The notes under the pieces were generated by a model. It saw only the letters and a list, made by a program, of their open reading frames with translations, had not been told where the DNA came from and did not search any database. This document shows, piece after piece, positions 43,701 to 55,700 of a stretch of DNA of 64,000 bases. The position numbers were made by a program, and so were the translations under genes. Where the stretch lies: contig MQRK01202454.1 in NCBI GenBank assembly GCA_001938485.1, positions 69,184 to 133,183 on the forward strand. Reading direction: 5' to 3'. The stretch is from Girardia tigrina (Eukaryota). Positions within the stretch are counted from its first letter, which is position 1, and each line of letters begins with the position of its first letter.

Positions 43701-46700
43701 ATTCATAATTCCTTCAACTATTTCAAAGGCTTCTATTCCATCTTTTGAAAAGCAGCCCCAGACCATAATTCGTTTAAGAAATGGTCGATGTTGCCTTGTG
43801 TGTTCATTTTGAATTAGTTGGCCTTTTCTTTTTCTTATATATTGTACTCGTGGAGGACATATATCAAAAGCAGATTCATCGGAAAAAAAGAACCTAAAAT
43901 TTAATGAAAAAAAACATTAAGCAATATAACCATTATTTATTCTACCTTCTTCCAAAGAAAAACAACCCATTTTTCGTACAATTTACACCATTTATATCGT
44001 ACATCTTTTTGGCGCTTAGACAGTGAAGGTGATATTAGAGGTCGGTATGAAGATAAACCACTTCTTATTAATATTCGTTTGATGGTATTAAGACTCACAT
44101 TCATGGCATTCAAACCAACAACAGTTTGTATTGTCCTTGAGGTTGCTTTAGGATTTATCAAAGCTTGCTTCGCGAGTGCCTTGTCAATTCGATCAGATAG
44201 TTTTTTATTTCTACCACATTTTCCATTTCGTTGCGCTCCAATTTGACCGGTTTCTTTGTATCTTTTAATGATACCTGATATCGTTGATCGAGGGATATCA
44301 GTATCCAATGAAATTTAAATCTGTATGATATTTTCTCATGATGTTTTTAATAATTATTTCACGGATCGATAGTGGTTTATCCATAAGGGCAGAATCTTAT
44401 TAAATAATATAGATGATCAGTATCATGTATAATAAAAAAACAAAATTTTAATGACATGACGTAATAACGGATTAAATTGAACGACCATTTTTTTTTGAAA
44501 ATCTTGCATAAATATTTCAATTTTTATTTTTTATGAGATATTTTTATTGATAAATTGACTCAATGTTTAAGTTAGTTACATGCAAAATTTCAGGAATGGT
44601 TGGTTTGGTAAATTTTGTACAAATTTAAATAACATGAAAAAAATGTACTGACGGATTAATTTGAGCGACACTGTATATAAGTTCGGTAATGATTATGTAA
44701 TCAACACGTTATGAACAAATCATTTAAAAACCCTCAATAAAGTTTTCGAGAGTTCATTTTGAACGTTAATTTTAGGAACGAAAAATCATATATATAACGC
44801 TTCAGATGTCATTCTCTCCTATTAATTTTTAAATACAGTGGACAGAATTTTAAAGTTATTGATGTTTGTCCCTTTACAATGTTTACTATGTGCAGAAATA
44901 TTATTTCCACTTTTCTGACGACTGTTTCACAATATTAACGGTGTTGAAGATTTATTGCTAAACATACCTTCATTTTTTTAGTACGGGAAATTATTTTTAA
45001 ATTTACAGTATTATTTACTGCTTTTAAAATATAATTATTAAATGTTTTGAAACCTTCTCAATAAGGTACACTTAAAAGATATCCTAATTCTAAACTGTTT
45101 TTATTAGTTTTAGAAGATTAATCTTGATCTTGAACATCTGTGTGTTTTTTCTTGTAAAAGTAATGAATTTGAACAGTTAATAGATAAATAAACTCGTTAC
45201 TTTTACTTTAAAAAATGATGAAAGAGTGATCAAACTAAGCTAACCAAAGACAAAAAATGTATGATGAGCTTAGTTATGCTAACACAAAAAAAATAAAACA
45301 ATAGTCAAATAAAAAACGAATTTTTATTGTAATAATAATACCAACCGCGAACATCGTAAATTTAGTCAGTCATAGAATTTTTAAATTCCAAATTTGTTGA
45401 TTGATTCCATTATTGATCTTTTTTATTATTTTATTTATATATCTCATATTAACTATTCAACCATATACAATTATAGTCAATTATATCCCATATTAATCAT
45501 TTCATCGTCATGAACACCGAATGGCGAAAACTGAGAACGAATTGTGGTGTGAACGGAGACGAAATCGCCACTCTGCGCACTCACACTGACATAAAATTGT
45601 TGTGATTAGATTATTATTATTATCCACATTGCCGTATATATTCTCGTGTGACTGAGGTCGTTGACGAATTCGTATTTGAATAATGATTACTGAAATAATT
45701 TCTATTTCTATTTTATCATTTCTATTGCTTATCTTTGTTTGTTTATTTGTCTGTGACCTTTAATGTTTGATGGGATTTTCTGTGATAATTTCTTGTTTGT
45801 AAAAAGATAAGGAACTCGAATTATGATATATCAATATTTGTATAAAGTGATCGGTATGTGTAGAGATTCTTTTTTCATTATGTGATTCAGTTTGACTAAA
45901 TCTAAGAAACGATTTCAAAAATAAAATGTTCGTTCTCATATCATCATTGACACAGTCGTCTTCGGCAATTAGTTTTCATCGAATTTACAAAATTACATAG
46001 AATTTACAAAGATTACAAACACGGCATTGACAATGAAGAAATAACTATGTACATACAAAAGAAATGAAGAGAAAGAAGTATACACATGCAAAAATATCGG
46101 ACACTATGGTGTTTGAAGTAGTGGGTACATTACAATTCTTATTACTTTTTTTCCATTAAGTTATCAATAGTTTCTTCCGTTAGTTTATCAACTATTGATT
46201 TTGAAAATCCATTATATAATAGTAATTTTGTTAATTTATTAAGACTTTCATCACATCGCTTATATGTGAATGAAAGGGCCCATGAACGAAAAATAAAGCC
46301 TTTCTTCATATTTATACTATATTTAGATTTACAGAAACTGTTTGGGGTTGTATACTAATCCGTATCAGTTTTCTTTCTGTAAATCACAGTCACATAAAAA
46401 CCATTCTTTCTCAATTAACAAATCCAGAAATGATAATTTATTGTCATTGAATGTAAATAGTTCGTATAATTTAAAAATGGAGAGATATCATTTTCCTTTT
46501 TAAAAATCAAGATGTCATCAGCATAGCGTTTATACGCTCGAGGCTTCTGACCAGTAAATAATCATTTTTTTCTTCAATACTTGAACGAAATATTGAGGTC
46601 AAAGTGGAAGCTAATAGTAAACCCATAGCTACACCATCAACCTGTTTTTATCAGTTATTCTTGAACAAAAACTTAACAAAAAACTTAGCGTTGAAAAAAT

Positions 46701-49700
46701 TAAAAATTTTCGGAATGCTATCTCATCAAGTATATTATGATAATTAGTATTACTTCTCCAAAGATTGCAGTTCAAGTCTATCGTCTAATTTAATGGGAAA
46801 TTTTTTAATAAACTCACAATATTAAAAGATGTCATGATTTAATCGGTATTTTTAACATTAAATTTTGATTTAAACACAGTCTTAATGAAACTAGAAGTAA
46901 TATTTCTGCACATAGTAAACCTTGTAAAAGGGCCATAAATAGCCATAACTTTAAAATTATATTTACTCAATTTAAAAATTATTTAAGTGATATGGGAAGC
47001 GTTATATATATATATATATATATATATNNNNNNNNNNNNNNNNNNNNNNNNNNNNNNNNNNNNNNNNNNNNNNNNNNNNNNNNNNNNNNNNNNNNNNNNN
47101 NNNNNNNNNNNNNNNNNNNNNNNNNNNNNNNNNNNNNNNNNNNNNNNNNNNNNNNNNNNNNNNNNNNNNNNNNNNNNNNNNNNNNNNNNNNNNNNNNNNN
47201 NNNNNNNNNNNNNNNNNNNNNNNNNNNNNNNNNNNNNNNNNNNNNNNNNNNNNNNNNNNNNNNNNNNNNNNNNNNNNNNNNNNNNNNNNNNNNNNNNNNN
47301 NNNNNNNNNNNNNNNNNNNNNNNNNNNNNNNNNNNNNNNNNNNNNNNNNNNNNNNNNNNNNNNNTTTAATATAACTTTCTTTTTTCGAATGTTACATATT
47401 TAATTATATCAAAATTTTAATTTGTATAATTTTTTATATAACTTTCTTTCAAAAATTTTCCTAACATTTTTAATTCCTAACATCCATGATGCAATAATTA
47501 CATACTCATTGACTGCCGTAAATTTAAAAAATTAAGATCAAAAAATTTCGATCTCAAAATTAACGTTCAAGATGAACCAGGGCCTTTTTAACATATTGAT
47601 TAAGGGGTGTTTTTGCCCCTCCCCCCAGTCCAAGGCAAAAGTACTAGGTTGGGGGGGGGACAATTTTTTTTAAATTAATTTTTAAAACTATTTTTGTGAT
47701 TTTTGATGCTTTTGCATCAACAGAAGATTTAAACTTCGCTGTTATAGCAGAAGACTAAACCACAAATACAAACGTTGGCCTCATGGCAAAAGAAGAATCA
47801 TCTTTCTTTTATCGTCAAGAATCTTTTATCATCACTTCTCACAATACTATGGAATGGTACAAGCACAGAAAGTGAATGTAAAATGATAAGTAGAAAATAG
47901 TAGGGCCTGTTAGGAAGCATTTATGTTTGCACCTGCCGAAGGGAAGTGTAAAACATTATTCTTTTCTTCTTTTAAATCTGAGAACGCTTGATAAAAAAAC
48001 TGTTTGGAATAGGAAAATTCATTATAAAAAACAAGGAAAAATAACTATTTGTATTCGAAATTAAAAGTTACCAAGTTTCGGCACATGACCATTCCAGATT
48101 GTTTGTGCCCCCAGTGAAAATTTCTTAAAAAATGCCCTGAGATGAACTCTTGACAACTTCATTGATGGTTTTTAAATGATTTATCCATGATGCAATAATT
48201 ACATAACCATTGACGGCCGTTAATTTAAAAAAAATTAACTTTTTTTTTAAAAATCAGTTGTTCTGAAGATGACTGCTAATTCATCGAAATTAATAAACTG
48301 GTTGAAACATTTTAATTTTTTTATTTTATTTTATATTTTCTCATTTTCAATAATATATTACCTTTCTGTTTTAATTTACTTGACTTAATGGATATATTAG
48401 CTTTTGGTAAATTAATAATCCCTAAATATTTTATGTTTGACATGTCTTAATTAAATCAATATAAAAAATAAATTTATAATAAATGTTTTTTTAGGAAAAG
48501 TTTTGTATTTGAATTATAATTAATTTCTGTTTCACCAGTAATAAACCACTTCAACCAACCAATCGATATTCATTTTATTGGGAAATATTTATTTTTCTTT
48601 CTTAGAATGAGCATAAGTCAAGTTTAAAGATTTCTGTTCCTTTGGAATTCTGACTATTATAATGTAGTTTCAAAAATATTTTATATAAATAATCTCTCAG
48701 ATTGTCATAGATTTCAGTTGAATTGCATCGCTTAGATTTTGGATATTTTTGAATTTGATGTGAAGGCAAAAATTAAGTTCATTGCATTAAGTGTGAGAAG
48801 TTTCATCTCAAAGATTAGCTTTTGGTTGGCTACCAATTGTCATCTTAATCCTCGTAAAGTACGGAACGATAGAGAAAGCATATTGTTTTCTCAAATGGCT
48901 TTTGATAGTTGACTATGGTTGGTTTGCGAGAATGGAATTGAACGCGCTTTGTGTATATGAGGAGGTAATGAATTTAGTTCGCTGATCAAAATTTAAATAG
49001 TTTTAAAAATTGTTTTGAATTGAAATCAAACTGAAAATTTTAAAAATTAAATGATAATTAAATATTTTAACTTTGAATTTGAAAATATTCTGTATAAAAT
49101 ATTATCTTATAATATTAGAATATTATTTGATATTTTGAAATATTATTTAATATTATTTTTAAAATATTATTTTAGCAAAAAATGAATGGATTAAAACAGA
49201 TAACAGATAGAACAGTATTTTAAAAAATAATCATTTTATTTGAATTTCATTAAAAATTTTTGAGTTAAAAATGAATTCTGATATTGATGTTGCAACCACT
49301 TCTCACAGAGTATTTTGATTAAATTTTATGAAAAATTAAATAAATTTATTTTAATCTAATAATTTATTGGTTAAATGTTATTTAATTTTGATATGTTTCC
49401 GTATAGTGTGCTAGTTTAGTTTATGGTATGAATTAACCTGAGGATGAGATTGTTTTTGTGAAACGCGTCATCTTATTTTATCCTTTTATATAGATTTTAT
49501 TTGGCCATATAAATAATTTTTGTATAGTTTTTTTGAAGATAATGAATTTTATTTAAGTATTTACGTATAATGGAAATATCAAATCATAATTATGGTGCTT
49601 AACAATGTTTTTTAAAATGATTCTTTAGGAATGTATTTCCGATGCGGTAAGTAATTTTTTTGTTTTTTTCAATCTTTTCCTTTGTACTATTTTCACTTGG

Positions 49701-52700
49701 TATTTTCTTAAATTTTTAAAGAGCACTGATTTTTTTTACTTAATTTAAATGTATTCAAAGAATTTTTTGAATAATTTTGATATTTTGTTTCAATATTTTA
49801 GTTGGATTTAACACTGATGGATGAGGACATAGACTGGTGGTCCAAATACTATGCTTCTCTTGGAGAATGGGGAAAGTGTAATAAATATAAAGAAATGAAT
49901 TATGACACTCTTTTAGTATGAAATATTTTAATTAGATAATAAAATCAATTATTTTCTTAGGTACATAAGACTGAACTAGAGAGAGTTGAAGGCTATAATG
50001 AATTTACAGATTTTTGTCAGAAATTCTTTTTATTCAGAGGAAAGAATTTAGATGATGAAGAAGAAGCCAGTGTTGGGGAATTTAAGGGAACACTTCGAAT
50101 CTATCCATTACCGGAAGACACAAACGAAAAAATGCCAGCAAAGTGTCTTGAAAAGGGTTTGCCATCAACACAACCTGTTGAGTGCATTGTTCGAGTATAT
50201 ATTATAAAGGCAATTGATCTTCAGCCAAATGATCCAAGTGGACTGGTACTTTAACATTTTTTGACTTTTATTATTTAAGTTGTGTTTTACATTTTAAATT
50301 TCGGTTTATTTCAATGAAAAAATATTTATAGTCCTTAGAAACCCGTGTATTTTTTTAGTGTCGTGTAAAATTCTTTACTTGATAATTTATCTAAAGAAAA
50401 TCTAAATGATAAATTAACTGAAATGTATAAAAAATTCTTTAAAAATACCAATAGAAAAAGAAGTTTAAAAAACTGAAGAATTTTTTAATCTTTTATTCAT
50501 GAAAATCTTAAATAACAATTTTTTTAAAGATAATTATAATTTAACTATCGAAAAAAATTTAATAATTGAATTAAATGAGAATAATTTTAATACTCTTTTC
50601 CATATATTAAGAAATCGTATGTCTGAGTTGTTTTTTATCGATTTTATCAATAAATTTATCGTAATAAATAATGAATCTGATGACGGATGGAAAAAATGTC
50701 GAAAAATTTTACAAAACATATTTTTGAAGGCCTCTCACTCAAAGTGACACTTAAAGCGACATTTTTTCAAAGACAATAAATGATAATGTGAATTTGATCA
50801 AACTAGTGAATCAAAAAAGTTTTTTGTTAAAAAACGTTTTACGATTAAATAGAAATGTTTTGGTTTTTTTCATTCATTCTTTATAATAAATTTATTAGTA
50901 ACTATTTAATTGTAAAATGGAGTTGTAAATTTTTTTTGTATGAAATCTACCATTCTACAAAAGATTTTTAGTTACTAATAACATAATAAATTGATTAAAA
51001 ATGCAATAGTAATTTTCCCTTCTACAAAAATAACAAAAAAAATCTGTTGGCCGAGTAAAGTTCTGTCCATATAAAGAATATATTTAAAAAAAATTCATTT
51101 ATTGGTATTACATATAACAAAACATTCATACATAAAACAAAATTATGTGAAAGAAAACATCGATTATAATTAATTCTTGATATTATTAATTAGTTAAATC
51201 CATAATCTTTTTAGATGATCATACAATGTTATTTCGACTCATACAATGTATGATGAAATAATACATTGATTATGTAAAGGTTTAGAATCTTTACAAAATT
51301 AAGGGTCTAGAGAATTACTTCTATAAACGTATTAATCAAAAAACATTTTTCATTTAAAATGTTTATTAACCCTACAATGCGCCGTGATTCATATTTGAAT
51401 CAACCATATTTTACCTCAATATCTTTTAATCACGTGATATTCTTTGAGTGCTTACATACTGTGAACCAAAAACATTGTCTATGGAATGATAACTGCTCAT
51501 AAAGTCATAGATGCAATATATTTTGTCAACAAAAATGACAGTTCAGTTTTCCCCATAAACATATTTTTTTATGATAATTAAATAAATTGCGCATTGTAGG
51601 GTTAAACGTCACAATACATTAATAAATTAATGAGACTATTATTTTTTTAAACTGATCCCAGAGTCCTTATGTCTTTTTTGAAACTATATTCATCTGAGAA
51701 AGTAGCTTGTGATTAATTGGAAGAATTATAAAACTTCCTCATTGTAATGCTCCGGTCAAAAGATCAAAAAAAAATAATAACTGCTGAAAAAAAAATAAAT
51801 AACAATTGCTTAAATAATAAATGTAAAGACACATTTTTAAAAATACATTATATTCAAATTAATCATACTCCTTTCTTATTGATAAATTTCTATCATTTCT
51901 CCCAGTATTAAATCGCCGTAAATTTTAAATCATCGCATTATGAATAGAAAAAAATGATAAATGAGTGACAATTTCATCGTCAAAATGGGGAGTCGCCGAA
52001 CCGCACTATTCGACGGCGGGCTGAATCGATTCGGCCGAACTCTACATCGCCATGTTTCAACCTGTGGTGCACTATTGCACACGTTATCCCACCGACGGGC
52101 AAACCGGTGTTGTGCGAGGGGATTGAGCGTGCTGCTCTCCGTTCTGCGCGGTATCTATCGCTCCGCAGTTGGCGATGCAGGACAGAGAACTGACACAAAC
52201 CGGCTGCGCTACCAATCCGAAACGAATCGCCGAACGACTAGCTCTCACCATACGGGTTCGCGCTTGACGTCGAGGCGGTTGGCTACTCTTTTCCGCTTGA
52301 GACTCTCTGCACGAATAAGGGGTGTCGGCCTTCACATCTCTATCCCATGGCCGCTACTTCAGTCATAAAAATTTATTCAGAATAATTAAGCATTTTTATT
52401 TAATGATAAAAATTTGAAGTAAGAAATAATGACATAATTTTTTCTGAAAAATTAAAATTTTCATCACAGTATTTACATTGTATTTTTTTCGAAACAGTTA
52501 GTAATTTAGTTATTCCATTTCTCAATCGTTAAGGCCGATCCTTATGTGGAAGTGCAACTTGGTAAAAAAATGTTATCGAATCAAGATTCATATGTTCCTA
52601 ACAATCTCTGTCCTGAATTTGGTAGAATGTTTGAATTAAAATGCACCATACCAATTCAGAAAGACTTAGAAATCAGAATCAAAGATTACGATTTTATGAG

Positions 52701-55700
52701 TTCAGATGATGTCATAGGTGAAACTTTTATCGACTTAGAAAATCGTTTTCTCACAAAATTCCGTGCCACTTGTGGTCTACCTCAAACATATTGCATAAGT
52801 GGCCCTAATAAGTGGAGAGATTGTTATAAACCCACTGAAATTTTAAAACAATTCTGCGAAAAGAATTTTATTCCTCCCCCTACTTATTCAAGTGATAATG
52901 ATGAAATCGTATATATTGGTCAGCGACATTTTAAATTATCAAATTTTGAAAGACATCAGAAACATAATGCTCATTTTGGACCTCCCCAAGAACGGTTGGC
53001 ATTACATGTTTTAAATATGCTACCACTAGTCAAAGAACATGTTGAAACACGACCCTTGTTTAGTCCTTTACAACCAGGAATTGAACAAGTAGTTTTAAAT
53101 TTGTAACAATAAATACTAATGTTATTTAGGGTAAATTACAATGTTGGATTGATATATTTCCAGCATCAATCGAAACAATTGGAGAGCCTTTTGAAATTAC
53201 ACCAAGAAAACCAAAAAGCTATCAATTGAGAATTATTGTGTGGAACACGAAAGATGTAATATTAGAAGATGAAAATTTACTTGGAGAGAAAATGTCAGAT
53301 ATTTACGTAAAGGTACGTATTAAACAGCACACTTATCACTTATTTACTTTGCTTGCATTCAAGGGTTGGTTAGCAGGAATCGATGAACGCCAAGAAACCG
53401 ATGTTCATTATAGATCATTAGATGGAGAAGGAAACTTTAATTGGAGATTTGTGTTTCCTTTCCAGTACTTACCAGCCGAAAATATGATGATTTTGAAACG
53501 AAAAGAACACTTTTGGTCCCTTGATGAGACAGAACAAAGGTTACCCTGCAGTTGTGTACTTCAAATTTGGGATAATGATAAATTTTCTGCTGATGATTTC
53601 TTGGGCACATTGGAACTTAATCTTGCAAAAATGCCTGCTCCAGCAAAGAAATCAAAGCAGTGTGACCTAAATCAGCTTCCAGCATTTAATCCTAATTCCC
53701 AGGTAAAAAATATAAATTTGTTCGAGTGCCGTCGGGCTTATGGATATTGGCCATGCTACAACGATGAAACAGGAGTTGCAGAGTTAACTGTAAGTATCGC
53801 GTTTTTTTAAAATTAATTACATTAACTTTTAACTTTAGATTATAATAACTGATTTTATGTTTTTATAAGCATTTTATATTTTTAAAATTTAGGGTTAAAA
53901 ATTAAAATTAAGTGTATGATTATATATTACATTACACCTAAAATAATTCTGTAACAAATGTTGAGTTGGATTTGATGAGTTTTCATATGTTGAGATGTCG
54001 GAATTGCACATATCCGTATTATCTCCTAGTGGTAACAATTAATTAGCGTTATATTCAGATCTCTGACATGTATTTTCTACATATTGAAACTTTTCCTTAA
54101 TTTTCACATTTTTGTTAACTCTAAAGATAATCGACATTGTTATCATTTTTTGTTATTCTAAATTGTATCTGATTATATTGAAAAACGTTTCTTCGTGCAA
54201 TTATTTCATGCCTCTTATTAAGAACATTAATTGGATTTTCTTTACATTTATTTATATCACAATTTGAATTGTCACTTCAACAATTCTGCGTAAAACTTAC
54301 GTAGCTCGTCATTGTTCCTGATTGATAATCTTTATTAATATTCTTTAACGTCTTATTATTCAAACAAATTTAAATTACAATTTAATTATTACAAAAATAC
54401 ATTAAATTGAAAATAATTTTTATTTATTTTAAGAAATTATTATTAAAATATTATTTATGAAATATTAGTTTAATTTTAAAGTGATTATTTAAATTTTAAT
54501 AATTGATTAAACTACCTGACGTTTTAAAATATTTATTTAAAATATCAATCTTCCATCTGGGTGGGAGAAACACAATCCTAAAACAACATACCAAACAACA
54601 CACAATAAACTACATTCAAAAATATTCCTCACACCTCTATCCAGTGGCGTAGCAACTGCTATTGGCGCCCGGGGCGGTCCTAAGATTTGCTGCCCCCTAA
54701 CCCTAACCCATTATTCGGAACCCTTAATTACTGTTTTTACTAAAATTTAAATAGTCACAAAATATTTACTTTAATTTCCTATTTTTCTAGCAATACTCTT
54801 ATTCTCATACTAAAAATTACCAAGTAAAGAAGTCATTTCAAAATTTACAATTTTATTTACAATTTACAAGCGAACTTTTCGCACTTTCATTTCTGCAAGT
54901 TTATTGATAACAGTATAAAAATTCAGTTCAGCAGCAAGCTCCCTCTCAATGGAGAGAACTGCCAAGTCTGTAAGCCTTGATTGGCTCATTGTAGATCGGA
55001 GATAGTTCTTAATGAGCTTTAATTTGGAAAACGAGCGTTCGCAGCTGGCAACGCTAATAGCCCTAATAAGAAAGATGCGCAGCAAAATCACGGACGGAGT
55101 TTCTAAGGTGATATCTCTGTATGAAGCTCAAAAATTCTAAAGGTCCGTCGATTCCGTTATTTTCTGAAGCTCGGACAAAATACTGCAGTCTTCTTCTTTC
55201 GGCTAAGAATTCCTCTTTCTCCACCTCGTCTTCTATTTCACCAAGTTGGCAATCGTAATTATCATCAAATAGATTCGATGGTGCAATAACAGCATATCTG
55301 TTTGCAAGATCATGAACTTGTTGAAATCTTGAATATATTTCGTCTATCAACCTGTCTATGACAAACAGCATTTCCCGTCTCAACTCAGCATCAAATGTCA
55401 ACGCTACATCAGTCGATCCCTCGCCATCCATTCTTTTCTTTTTGCGAATACGACGCTCCATACTTATCCCCATTTCAAAGCAGAGCTTTATGGATTCGTC
55501 CATTGCACTGTCCACCATCTTTTCTCTATTCTCAAAAATGTAATCTCTCAATAATATGAGCTTAACAGAACTTTGATGCAGATTGAGCCCTTTTGTTTGA
55601 AGATACTTCTGGGCATCATTGATCTCTGGTAGAATGGAATTCCAAAGGTTCAAAAGCGATAGAAACGGAAATGACAGTACTGATGATAGGATTAAAGATG

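Noticed and set aside
50499-50747. 82-aa N/K/I/F-rich ORF and similar short ORFs
   Set aside because: Composition is typical of AT-rich intron noise; no motifs and no splice fit.
52332-52349. 17/18 match (CATGGGATAGAG.TGTGA, minus strand) to the junction sequence around 54633/57540
   Set aside because: The second instance is an artificial junction of independent insertions, and such a match is expected by chance in 64 kb.
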